Shown: positions 38,718 to 53,416, numbered from the stretch's first letter. The stretch is 64,000 nucleotides of DNA from Octopus sinensis (GCF_006345805.1 NC_043007.1:17918001-17982000); one strand, 5' to 3'. A program made the numbers and translations. Notes: a model not told the origin generated them from the sequence alone.

Positions 38718-39820
38718 TTGCAGCGTGGAAGGTGTTTATAAGCCATTCAGAAAGCACACAAAGACCGTTAGATACACTTCAACATTTAAATTTAATTTGT
38801 CAAAATATTTTCGTTCAAGGACAGACAAACGGATTAAGTCGATTATATTGACCCCAGTGCGTAACTGGTACTTAATTTATCGACCCCGAAAGGATGAAAG
38901 GCAAAGTCGACCTCAGCGGAATTTGAACTCACAACGTTGCGCCAGACGAAATACCGCTAAGCATTTCGCCCGGCGTGCTAACGTTTCTGCCAGCTCGCCG
39001 CCTTACAGTGAAAAAATACTGTCTCTCTTGATATGTCAAAGTAATATTACAGATAAGAAAATCTTTCTTATTTTTTTTTTTTTTAAAAAAAGAAGAAACT
39101 ACCCAATGAAAGGGTTGCATTTCTATTTTGACATTTTCCTTTTGATTCTGTGTGTATGTATGTAGTAAAGGGTACACGTTTTGCTTCTTCACAGATGTAT
39201 TCTTTCATATGTATGAGTGTGTGCGTGCTTGTATGTGTGCGTGTGTACACGCGTGTGTGTGTGTGTGCGTTTATATGAAAATATTTGTGTGAGTTTCAAC
39301 GTCTGGTTACGTAAGCATGAGAAAAATTTGAGCCAAGAGCAATAAATATTTCTGGAAATATGACTTTTATTTTCCATTAAAAAAAATATATATTTGTTCG
39401 ACATTCTGCGAGTTACAGTAAAAGAGAAATAAATCATCCATGTATTATCAAAATACAATCAAACTAAGAAATACTTTTTTTTCCCACCTACCTCGTTTTC
39501 CTCATCTTACATCTATATTTGCTCCCATAAAAAAGGCTTTATTGTTACAAATGCTTTTTATATGGAGTAAAGATAGGAAGACATATTTCTATTCACTATT
39601 ATTAATCCATTGTGAAGTTCTGATAGCATTCTTAACTAAAAAGTGAAACCTATTAATATATTCATGGATTCAATCAAAACCGTCTGAATAGGCTTCCTGT
39701 TTCCCACACATATACAATGAATAATTAAGAATATTTTTATTTCACCGCATTCTGGTTCTAGTATGCCCCACCTATTGTTTTTTTTTTTTGTCGTAGTGTG
39801 AATTCAAGACGCATGAGTAC

Positions 39821-39930
39821 TATATAAACTTACGTCATGTGCGCCGCCTAACACTTACCGGATTGCTTACCGAGTTGACTACTGCTCTTGTACTTACCGG
39901 ATTGCTTACCGAGTTGACTACTGCTCTTGT
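39821..39930 (+). promoter_or_regulatory. Putative core promoter and 5' UTR of the Cys-repeat gene
   Basis: TATATAAA 39821-39828, TTACGTCA (CRE/ATF-like half site) 39830-39837, perfect 39-bp tandem duplication 39853-39891/39892-39930, ATG at 39975. Confidence 0.55.
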
Positions 39931-39974
39931 TCTTCAATTTGTCTCTCTATGTATAGCAAAACAACACATCTAAT

Positions 39975-42900
39975 ATGAAATCTGTAGTATATTTACTCAC
40001 TGTTGCTGTTATTTTTTTGCTTGAAGAGATTGATGGCAACCAAATTCAAAGCTCGAATTTAAGTTGTGCTCTAGTGCCTGGACGAAGTAATTCGACCTAT
40101 TATGAACCAGTTTGGGACTATATTTGGATTCGACGTAGTTGCATGTTTGGCAGAGTTTTCAGTGACCGCTATTGCTTATGCATACCAACACAACTCATGA
40201 GAAATACTCGTCTAAATACACCAAATACTTGCATATTTCGAGGTTCAAAGACTTACACCAGAAGAATTGATCCAAAAGATAGCTATTATCAAGAACGTGT
40301 AAAAACGAGAAAATGGGCACCGAAAACTTGTACAAGTGGATTAGTTTTCAGTCCGACACACTGCCGTTGCATTGAAGATAGTCGTGAAACGTGTCAATAT
40401 CCAGGCGGTATTACCAGAACACGTAAACGAGATACTGATGTGAATTATTTCCAACAGCTAACAAACAGCAACACATGGGAAAGAAAAAGGTGTTACAGTG
40501 GTGCTACCTTCAGTCTAACTAAATGTTATTGCACTTTCGGTGGTTCATCAGTCATTGTTACAACGCCTGAACCTGAAAATGATATTAAAATATGTAAACA
40601 TCCCAAGTATGGATATTTCCGTAAACGGGATTCAAACCCGCAGTTTTATTTTCAGATCAATAACAATAAAGCATGGGAGAAGAGAGCTTGCGCAGTCGGC
40701 GGCACATTCAACAGCGCCATCTGTGATTGTACTTATGTGAAACCAACAAGCGAATCGGAGACTACACCAAAGGTCGAACCTGAAATTCCTCAAAAGTTTT
40801 GTTGGGATGCACTTTCAAAAACACGACGAGGAACATTTAGAGATGAACGTTATTATTACGAACTGAAAGGCAATACATGGAAGGTGATAGCTTGTCAAAA
40901 TGGATATATTTTTTCTCACGACAGATGTTGTTGTGTTTTAAAATCACAAATAACGACCCCTAGAACAGAACCGACAGGTGAACCTGAAACGGAGCCGACA
41001 GGTGAACCTGAAACACCATTCGAAGTATGTCCGCATAAGCCTTCTCAGTCTATAAGAAGAGCCACTACAAACCCACAGATTTACGAGCAGAAGACCACAG
41101 GAGGCAAATGGGTGAAAATATCATGCGAAGCTGCAAATCAATTCAACGTCAAAAAATGTTGTTGTGTTCCGACAGGTACAACTGCACAACCGGAGGGAAC
41201 CACTAAATTTTCCCCAAAGTACTGTCTGGATAAATTGTCAAGTAAACGACGAGCAACATTTAGAAATGAACGTCATTATTACGAACTGACAGACAGTTTA
41301 TGGCGGCTGAAAGCTTGTAAAAATGGAAAAATTTTCTCTTACGAGGAGTGTTGCTGTGTTTTAAAATCAAAACAAACAACGAATCCTTGGACAGAACCGA
41401 CAAGTGAACCTAAAACTGAGCCGACAAGTAAACCCGAAACAGAACCAACAGGTGAACCTGAAACGGAGCCGACAGGTGAACCTGAAGCACAATTCGAAAT
41501 ATGCCCACATAAGTCTTCTCAGTCTATAAGAAGAGGCACTGCAAACCCACAGTTTTACGAGCAGATGAACAAGCAAGGCAAATGGGAGAGAAAATTATGT
41601 AACGGTGCAAGTCGATTCAACGCCAAAAAATGTTGTTGTGTTTCGCCAGGTGAACCCGAAACAGAACCGACAGGTGAACCTGAAACACCATTCGAAGTAT
41701 GTTGGCATAAGTCTTCTCACTCTAAAAGAAGAGCCACTGCAAACCCACAGATTTACGAGCAGAAGACCACAGGAAGCAAATGGGAGAGAAAATTATGTAA
41801 CGGTGCAAGTCGATTCAACGCCAAAAAATGTTGTTGTGTTTCGCCAGGTGAACCCGAAACAGAACCGACAGGTGAACCTGAAACGGAGCCGACAGGTGAA
41901 CCTGAAACACCATTCGAAGTATGTTGGCATAAGTCTTCTCAGTCTAAAAGAAGAGTCACTGCAAACCCACAGATTTACGAGCAGAAGACCACAGGAGGCA
42001 AATGGGAGAGAAAATTATGTAACGGTGCAAGTCGATTCAACGCCAAAAAATGTTGTTGTGTTTCGCCAGGTGAACCCGAAACAGAACCGACAGGTGAACC
42101 TGAAACGGAGCCGACTGGTGAACCTGAAACACCATTCGAAGTATGTTGGCATAAGTCTTCTCAGTCTAAAAGAAGAGTCACTGCAAACCCACAGATTTAC
42201 GAGCAGAAGACCACAGGAGGCAAATGGGAGAGAAAATTATGTAACGGTGCAAGTCGATTCAACGCCAAAAAATGTTGTTGTGTTTCGCCAGGTGAACCCG
42301 AAACAGAACCGACAGGTGAACCTGAAACACTATTCGAAGTATGTCAGCATAAGCCTTCTCAGTCTATAAGAAGAAGCACTACAAACCCACAGATTTACGA
42401 GCAGGTGAACAAGCAACGCAAATGGGAGAGAAAATTATGTAACGGTACAAGTCGATTCAACGCCAAAAAATGTTGTTGTGTTTCGCCAGGTGAACCCGAA
42501 ACAGAACCGACAGGTGAACCTGAAACGGAGCCGACAGGTGAACCTGAAACACCATTCGAAGTATGTTGGCATAAGTCTTCTCAGTCTAAAAGAAGAGTCA
42601 CTGCAAACCCACAGATTTACGAGCAGAAAACCACAGGAGGCAAATGGGAGAGAAAATTATGTAACGGTGCAAGTCGATTCAACGCCAAAAAATGTTGTTG
42701 TGTTTCGCCAGGTGAACCCGAAACAGAACCGACAGGTGAACCTGAAACACCATTCGAAGTATGTCCGCATAAGCCTTCTCAGTCTATAAGAAGAGGCACT
42801 AAAAACCCACAGATTTACGAGCAGGTGAACAAGCAACGCAAATGGGAGAGAAAATTATGTAACGGTACAAGTCGATTCAACGCCAAAAAATGTTGTTGTG

Positions 42901-44448
42901 TTTCGCCAGGTGAACCCGAAACAGAACCGACAGGTGAACCTGAAACACCATTCGAAGTATGTCCGCATAAGCCTTCTCAGTCTATAAGAAGAGGCACTAA
43001 AAACCCACAGATTTACGAGCAGATGAACAAGCAACGCAAATGGGAGAGAAAAATATGTAACGGTGCAAGTCGATTCAACGCCAAAAAATGTTGTTGTGTT
43101 TCGACAGGTGAACCCGAAACAGAACCGACAGGTGAACCTGAAACACCATTCGAAGTATGTCCGCATAAGCCTTCTCAGTCTATAAGAAGAGGCACTAAAA
43201 ACCCACAGATTTACGAGCAGATGAACAAGCAACGCAAATGGGAGAGAAAAATATGTAACGGTGCAAGTCGATTCAACGCCAAAAAATGTTGTGTGTTTCG
43301 CCAGGTGAACCGAAACAGAACCGACAGGAGAACCTGAAACACCATTCGAAGTATGTCCGCATAAGCCTTCTCAGTCTATAAGAAGAGGCACTAAAAACCC
43401 ACAGATTTACGAGCAGATGAACAAGCAACGCAAATGGGAGAGAAAAATATGTAACGGTGCAAGTCGATTCAACGCCAAAAAATGTTGTTGTGTTTCGACA
43501 GGTGAACCCGAAACAGAACCGGAAGGTAAACCCGAAGGAGAACCTGAAATTGCCGAAAAGATTTGTCATCATAAACCGTCAAAAATACAACGAAAAACAT
43601 TTAAAGTTGAACTTTTTTATTATGAAAAGACGGGCAATACATGGATGCTGAAGGTTTGTCAAAATGGATATATTTTCTCTTACGAGGAGTGTTGTTGTGC
43701 TTTAAAATCAAAACAAATAGCGAATCCTGAAACAGAACCGGAAGGCAAACCTGAGTCAGAACCGGAAGGTGAACCAGAGGGAGAACCGAAACCAGAAAAT
43801 GAAGTACAACACGCATATTGTATAGATGTGATATCTCGGGCTATAAGGAAAAATACAACGAACCCAAAGCAGTATAAGCAGTTGTCATCATCATTCAAAT
43901 GGGAAGTAAAATATTGTCCACATTCAAAACGATTCAGTTTTAAAATATGCTGTTGCGTTCCGGTAACACCTGGACAACCAGAGGGAGAGCCGGAGGGTAA
44001 ACCTGAAACAGAACCGGAAGGTAAACCTGAAACAGAACCTGAAACAGAACCGGAGGGTAAACCTGAAAAACCCTTTAAAATATGTCCGCATAAGCCTTCT
44101 GAGTCTATAAGAAGACCCACCACAAACCCACAGTTTTACGAGCAGATGACCATAAGAAACGAATGGGTAAACATGTCATGTGGAGATGCAAGTCGATTCG
44201 ACGTCGATCAATGTTCTTGTATTCCGACAGAGAAAACTACACCTACTACAACGCAACGATCATATGACACTGCACAAGCAAATATTACGTGTAAGGTCGG
44301 GAATGGACCTCTTCGGAAAACAGACTCGGACTTACGTCGTTATTCAGAAAAGGTAGCAGGAAGATGGGAAGATAGGATTTGCTACAGTGGTGGTATATTC
44401 AACAAACTAATTTGTGGTTGTGTTTATTTGAAAAAAATACATAAATAG
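39975..44448 (+). CDS. Secreted multi-module cysteine-rich protein (~1491 aa if two 1-bp deletions are corrected); 21 modules resembling a reduced chitin-binding type-2 fold with P/E/T linkers
   Basis: ORFs 39975-43337 and 43417-44448 are one gene: unit 16 has tgttgtgt instead of tgttgttgt and gaaccg instead of gaacccg. N-terminal signal peptide MKSVVYLLTVAVIFLLEEIDG; module pattern C-x~17-Y/F-x-Q/E-x5-7-W-x4-C-x2-(G/A)-x2-F-x4-C-x-C; no introns needed. Confidence 0.85.
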
Positions 44449-45355
44449 AAACCGATATTCCTGTGTCAACTTTGTACAGTCTGGATATATTCATAAATGC
44501 GGTAAGAACACATTGTTTTCATCAAAAGACAATATTTGGAGCATGGGGACATCATCCTGTCCAAATATACTGTTTTTCCATTATGTAAGGTTTGATTGTA
44601 CTTTCAACTAGAAAATATTACATCAAGTTTGGCCGTTGGTAGAATCTGGAAATAAGTGATCATCTATGTAAAAAAAAAACGTGTGTGTGTGTGTGTGTAG
44701 AATGAGCTTAAGGAACAGAACCAAAGATTGTTCAGATTCTTCTATTCGTATATAAAACAAAAACTTTTAAGGGGGCGAACAATATGCTATATTTGTATTT
44801 TTAGTCTTTCTTTATTTTACCGTAAAGTTCATTTCGTTTAGCGATTGATTGTTGTAGTAAATTAAATATTTTTCCATAATGGTTTCTGCTCCCTAATTGA
44901 AAAAATTGTTGAAGAGAAGCAATATCTGTGAAATGCAAAAAAAAAAAGTGTTATGTTACTGGAAAGCATCCAGAAGTTTTGTAACTCAAGAAAAATGTAT
45001 CTGTTAAATGCAAATTGCTGAGAGCTCATTAATGAGATGTACTTTATTTATTTACTTTTTTTTTTAATTGGTTTTTGGTAAATACTTCACATTTATACAA
45101 GTTGACTTTGGTTTTTACCGGAAATTTTTGACACGATTTTAAAATTAAATGGGGGTGGGATGAAAAACAAGCAGAAAAACATTTATATCCCCGACGTTTT
45201 GTTTATATTTATAAATTTCTTTTTAAGTTGTGTACCAATACGTGTATCATCACTCGTCTGTTTCGAACATGTTGCAAATTTTTGCGAGCAGATTTTCTTT
45301 TTGTTTGACCCATTAACGTTCATGTAAAATGAATAAATTTTGTTTTCCGTTTATA

Positions 45356-46815
<1,460 letters not shown>

Positions 46816-47102
46816 TTAGAAAAAAACCCACCTTTTATCAATTCAAAATGAACAATAGTTATTCTACCATTATATACGTTTTTATTATTCTTTTCGCAAT
46901 TTACTCAATCATTGATATTTTATTATTTTAATTTTAATATTCTATTATATGTAATTTTCTAGATGGTGTAATTTAATTTTGAATTGATAAGGGTGTTTTT
47001 TTTTTCTAATTTTATATATATATTGTGTGAAATTTGATTTAGTATTTCTAAATTGAATTTTTTTCCCTGTAAGTTTGGATGTATATTCCCTCAAATAATT
47101 AT

Positions 47103-47133
<31 letters not shown>

Positions 47134-47309
47134 GCGTGTGCGTATTTTATTCACGTCTACTTTTTTGTTTGTAATTTTTTTTTTCATTCCTAATTTCACT
47201 TACAATAACCATCTTTCTTCATAGACTATTTAAAATTTTAAATGTCTAAGTTACCCAAAATACGTTACTCTTCAAAAAATCAATTACAATTTCCGGGGCT
47301 TCGACGTAA

Positions 47310-47745
47310 TCTTTAATATGTGTATGTATATATATGTATGTGTATATATGAGTATATATATATGTATGTGTATATATGCGTATATATATATGTATGTGTA
47401 TATATGAGTATATATATATGTATGTGTATATATGAGTATATATATATATGTATGTGTATATATGAGTATATATATGTATGTGTATATATGAGTATATATA
47501 TATGTGTGTATATATGAGTATATATATATACGTGTGTATATATGAGTATATATATGTATGTGTATATATGAGTATATATATGTATGTGTATATATGAGTA
47601 TATATATGTATGTGTATATATGAGTATATATATGTATGTGTATATATGAGTATATATATGTATGTGTATATATGAGTATATATATATATGTGTGTGTATA
47701 TATCAGTATATATATATATGTATGTGTATATATGAGTATATATGT
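47310..47745. repeat. ~22-26-bp minisatellite tatatatgtatgtgtatatatgag
   Basis: Direct inspection. Confidence 0.9.
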
Positions 47746-48035
47746 AAAAAGAATTATCAGAATGGGATAAAAATCCAAGACTGTGAAAGATTTCAGGGCA
47801 TTTATAAAGAGGTCTTACATCTGTTTCCGGGGTATTTTATCTATCCCTTCATCGGAGACTGTGCGAGAAAATGGTTAAGCAATTCTGTAGAATAACTATT
47901 GCTTAACCATCTTCTCGCACAGTCTCCGATGGAGGGATATATTAAATATCCCGGAAACAGCTGTAAGACCTTCTCTTTATAAATGTTGTGAAATCTTTCT
48001 CAGCCTCGGATTTTTATCTCTTTCTGTTGACTTTT
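47746..48035. mobile_element. ~290-bp foldback/MITE-like element in TA microsatellite
   Basis: Arms ...ggagactgtgcgagaaaatggttaagcaat / attgcttaaccatcttctcgcacagtctcc... with ~14-nt loop; inverted similarity extends ~130 bp per side. Confidence 0.75.
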
Positions 48036-48041
48036 ATATAT

Positions 48042-48133
<92 letters not shown>

Positions 48134-48301
48134 TATATCTATATATATACGCATGCTATTATATGACCTACGTTGGACTCGCATAATCAGCGGACCCGGA
48201 GCTTAACTATAATCTGACCATAGTACTTACTCAGCATTTTTTGACACCTTTAGGTCTCCTTGACACTATTGCTTCTCATAATCTATACATGTGTACATGC
48301 G

Positions 48302-48337
<36 letters not shown>

Positions 48338-48340
48338 CAT

Positions 48341-48375
<35 letters not shown>

Positions 48376-49165
48376 CATATGTATTCATATATGCATGTAT
48401 TTATATATTTATGTATTATATATGTATGTATTATGTATGTATTTATATATGTATGTATTTATATATGTATGTATTTATAGATGTATGTGTACACGTATGT
48501 ATGCATTCATATATGTATGTATACACGCATGTATGCATTCATATATGTATGTATACACGCATGTATGTATTCATATATGTATGTATACACGTATGTATAT
48601 ACATACACATACATGAATATATAGGGATAGATCATCCAGCGGGGTACCGTAAGAGTTTTCAGGTATAGTCCAGATTCCGTTTAACCACCTGAAGTAGTAA
48701 GAAGTATCGGTTAAGTCGAACGATCCCATTGTGATTATTCTAATGGTTAAGTCCGGGTTTGTTAGATTATATTTGGCAATGTAAATTCAAAACAATTACA
48801 AAGAATACTGAGACTGATACATCTCCGAAGTTTTCTTTAAATTCGCTTCGGAACATGCTTGTGGAGAGACCCTGAATTAAGGTGCATTGCTGAATAATGT
48901 GGGTTGAATAATGTGAAATTGCATATATTCCGTGCAATAGAAACACGTGTCGATAATATTAACTAGTTATGCTGTACAATTAACCGTTAAATTGAACGAA
49001 AAATTTGAAGATGAACCATACATACATGCTCACATACATGCATCTGTGTGTATATATGTGTGTGTATATGTATAAATATATGTAGGTATATGTATATGTG
49101 TATGCATGTATATATTTTTGTATATATATATATATATATATGCTTGTATATGTAGTGCGTAATTT

Positions 49166-49207
<42 letters not shown>

Positions 49208-49623
49208 AATATATATATATACACTTTCGTCGTAATGTTATTAAATATATTTTTGTAAATCATATTTTATCTGTTTGCATATTTGTTAACCTAATTTATA
49301 ATTATATATAATGTATATATACATGTGTATTTGTGTTTATGTATATGCATACGTATATGTATATGCATGCGTATATATATGTATATGCACACGTATATGC
49401 GTATGTGTATTTGTATGTAAACGAATAAAATTTATTATAATTAATAAAAGACTTTTGTTTATTTTCTGTTGTTTTCTAAAGATAATTATACTTCGTTGAT
49501 ATATAATTGAATATAGGGATATTTGGTTGCCAGCGGTCCAAAAATTGAAGTTTGCCGAAAACTTTAAAATTTGGCATAATAATACACTAGCCCACACTGA
49601 ATTGCTGCAGTTATTGTATTTTG

Positions 49624-50044
49624 GGGTCTTTTCGGTTTGACCGGCAGTTTTTTAAAATAATTTCCACGCAACTAAACACTTTTAAACTTCGTATACTGGT
49701 AGAATGTGTTTATAAAACATCTTTTTCTCTTGGCTTTATTGAGAAAATTCTATGGTTTGTAAGATATTTGTTGCTGTTTTTCTTCAATTTCTGCAATTTC
49801 AACCAATCAATGACGTCTATTGAGGTGAAAACATTCTGTGCCGTATGAATATGTCCCTCGTTTAAGAAACAGATTGGGTTTATTTACATTTCTGAAGAAA
49901 AAAAAAAAGATACCCTTCCACCCACCCCTAACCCTAACCCTAAAACAGATTGAAATGCAATAGATGGATACTAGGGTCATAATTATGGGTGACAATTTCA
50001 TATGACACCGCTAGAAAAAACTGCCGTTCAAACCGAAAAGATCC
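49624..50044. mobile_element. GGATC-TIR telomere-repeat MITE
   Basis: Collinear with 31148-31574; cctaaccctaacccta tract ~49925-49942; no TSD recognisable. Confidence 0.85.
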
Positions 50045-50346
50045 GCGAAAAATACTTTCACGTCATTAATTAGCCTGTAAGAGTGTATCATTACACTGAA
50101 TATGAAATCAATTCGAACAGAAAATTGCCGCTGGCAACCAAACACACACAGACACACACACACACAGACAGACAGACAGACAGACACACACACACCACAC
50201 CACACACACACACACACAGACACGCACAGACACGCACACACACACACGCACATACACACACACACACACACGCACACACACACAGACACACAGTACAGAC
50301 ACACACACAGACACACCACACACACACACACACACCACGCACACAC

Positions 50347-50395
<49 letters not shown>

Positions 50396-50776
50396 TGAAG
50401 AATCATTTTAATCCATGCCAAGACTAACATACGTAACTGGATTCAGTTTTCCTTATTATTACCTATATGTTGCCTCATATTAGTCATCAAATAAACAGGT
50501 GCTTATTATACGAATGGAAAAGAGACATCAAAGAGTTATTTTTGTCGAATTTATTCTAATGTAAATGTTCCAACTAACCCAAAGTCCCACAAAAGCTGAG
50601 AAAATTTTACATTTTGTTTACTGCTGCTCCGGTTATAAGTAAATAAATTTTCTTACGTTGCTTACTGCTATTTAATGTTAATCATTTCGTTACCATATTT
50701 GTTAAAATACACTTCCTTTCATTTTTTTCCCCTAAGGATTTTGAAAATAATGAGGAATTTAATAAAATATCATTCA

Positions 50777-51156
50777 CTAGCACTATGACCCGGCGTTGCC
50801 AGGTCATAGCGCTAGTGCATGCATATACAGCTGCGTGCATGTGCACGTACACGCAAGTACTGTCCAAATCTCCAACCAATCACGTACAGCTAGCTGGCAT
50901 TCAATTGGCATATCAAGTTTCGGGCATTTTGATTGGGTTTTGGACAGAAAATTCACAAAAAAGTCACTTCTATTGATTATTTTTAATGGCTTTGTGGGGT
51001 GACTGGGGAAATGTAAAGATGTGCACGACCACCCTTGGACGGTTTTAAATTATCATAGAAAGTGCGAGCCTTCTAACTGAAAAGTTGTGGATTTGTATAA
51101 AGGACACACACACACACACACACACACAGAAATTTTGCCGTTTATATATATAGAGA
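50777..51156 (-). mobile_element. Non-autonomous Helitron-type element with extended terminal palindrome
   Basis: Minus strand A|TCTCTATATATATAAACGGC start; ends ...gcaacgccgggtcatagtgCTAG|T. Confidence 0.75.
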
Positions 51157-51679
51157 TTATCCGGCAGTTATTTGGAACACAAATTAATATGAAATTTCGA
51201 AGAAATGATTTAATTTAGACTGCTTTATAACTGGAAGTATGTATCTTTGACCCAGAATTGGTTAGGGACGGATTGGTATCAAAAGGGAATGAATAAAATT
51301 AAAAATAGATTATAGTTGATTAATATGCAATTTAGAGTTGGTTTATTTAAGTATATGTAGACTGGTGGTTCGACAAAAAAAGTCCGATAGAATAAGTGCC
51401 GACCTTAAAAATAAGTATAGGGGACGATTTTACTGCTCGACTAAACCCTTCAATGCGGTGTCTCAGCATAGGTGCAGCCCAATGACTGAAACAAGGAAAC
51501 GAAAAAAAAAAATTTTTTTAAATACAATGCTCTCAAGAAATGCATGAACTCAACACACGTCCCTCCATCTTGCCGAGACCTTAGCAATACACTGAGAGGT
51601 TAGGTTTTTGGAAACAATGCTCAAGCTAAATTTCGATGGCCGTCTAGAATCAAAGAAAGTGACTGCAAAAGTACGGGTC

Positions 51680-51726
<47 letters not shown>

Positions 51727-51784
51727 CACAGTGACCGACCAGGCTATCAGATGTTGCTACACATCGCTGGTCACAATGCGCTTC

Positions 51785-52357
51785 GCATTGTTTTAACCTT
51801 CAAATGACGCCACCCCGCTGGCTAAGCGAGCAGGCCAACAGAAGAAAGAGTGAGAGAAAGTTGTGGTGAAAGAGTACAACAGGGATCGCCGCCACCCCCT
51901 GCTGGAGCCTCGTAGAGCTTTAGGTGTTTTCGCTCAATAAACACTCACAACGCCCGGTCTTGGAATCGAAACCGCGATCCTACGACCGCGAGTCCGCTGC
52001 CACTTGCCATTGCGCTTCCACACACATACACACACACACACACACATATATATAATGTGTGTGTGTGTAGGCACATGGCCTAGTGGTTAGAGCAGCGGTC
52101 GAGGGATCGCGGGTTCGAATCTCAGACCGGGTGACGTGTGTATTTATGAGCGAAACACCTAAGCTCCACGCGGCTCTGGCAGAAGGTAATGGCGAACTTC
52201 TGCTGACTCTTTCGCCACAACTTTCTCTCACTCTTTCCTCCTGCATCTTGCAGCTCACCTGCAACAGACCGGAGTCCCGTCCAGGTGGGAAACCTATTCA
52301 CGAAGGAAACCGGGAAACCGGCCCTTATGAGCCAGGCATGGCTCGAGAATGAACAAA
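51785..52357. mobile_element. SINE-3 fragment (-) followed by SINE-4 (+, 52066-52357)
   Basis: Matches the 27515 and 27134 copies respectively. Confidence 0.8.
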
Positions 52358-53194
52358 CATATATTTATATATAATAACAAAATAAGAAATAAAACATATG
52401 CATATATACATACATCTATATATACAGGACACCATTAAAAAAAACATCGAACACAAGGAAAAACGAAAACATAAAAATAAAACCATGGAAACGAACTTTT
52501 TTCAAACAACGAAAAAACAGTACAAGACATACAACACAAGGAATATTCCACTTCTTCAACTGCCCCTACTTCATCTACTCCGTGTTTCGAAGGTAGTCCT
52601 GTACCCATATACGCATGTATATATACATGTAGATCTATCTATCTATCTATCTATCTATCTATAGGTAAGTTACAAGAGTTTTGCGCGCCCGCGAAATACC
52701 GGCTTATTTTAGCCTTTAGCATCGCGATTACGCTGCCAAATGTAATGGTTATTTATTCACCTTGTTTCGAATTGATCCTGCATTATATTACAGCTCCGAG
52801 ATGTTGATTTTTAGAATGACATTGTAGGGTAAGTATGAGACGTTGGATCTGTCTGGTTTAAAGATAAATCAGAGTATTTGGGCCTGGCATGGTCGGCTTA
52901 AATACCAAAGGGTTAAATCAAAGGTGTATAGAAATATTATAGAGCCAGTGATTCTATACGGGGCCAGTATAAGAGAGCTCTGTATTACATGGAAATGTAC
53001 ATTCTTTATTGAACCCTCAACTTCATCGGACTTGATTGCCATGAATCAAGACATACGAGAAAGATACAAGTAGCCTTGACCCCTGACGAGACGCTGGATA
53101 CCCGAATGCAATTGTACGGCTACGTACTCGGAGCGATAACAAATCTCTGATGAACTGCACTCCAGTCGAACTCCATAAGTATGTGGCCGTGTGA

Positions 53195-53416
53195 AACCAC
53201 AAGGGGCCAAACACAGAGTGGGCAAACAAGGACAGACAAAGGGATTAAGTCAATTATATCGACCCCAGTGCGCAACTGGTACTTATTTAATCGACCCCAA
53301 AAGGATGAGAGGTAAAGTAGACCCCGGCGGAATTTGAACTCAGAACGTAGCGGCAGACGAAATACTGCTAAGAATTTCGCCCGGCTTGCTAACGTTTCTG
53401 CCAGCTCGCCGCCTTA
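53195..53416 (-). mobile_element. SINE family 1
   Basis: Matches the family consensus. Confidence 0.8.

Noticed and set aside
41367-44123. Alternative-frame and antisense ORFs within the Cys-repeat gene
   Set aside because: By-products of the tandem repeat periodicity; no independent start or composition signal.
52536-52600. Possible type II hammerhead (minus strand cttcGAAAC...ttGAAGAag)
   Set aside because: Core lacks C3 and stems I-III cannot be paired convincingly.
53080-53175. Hammerhead-like CTGACGAG and CTGATGA motifs
   Set aside because: No properly placed GAAA or NUH; at best a decayed remnant.
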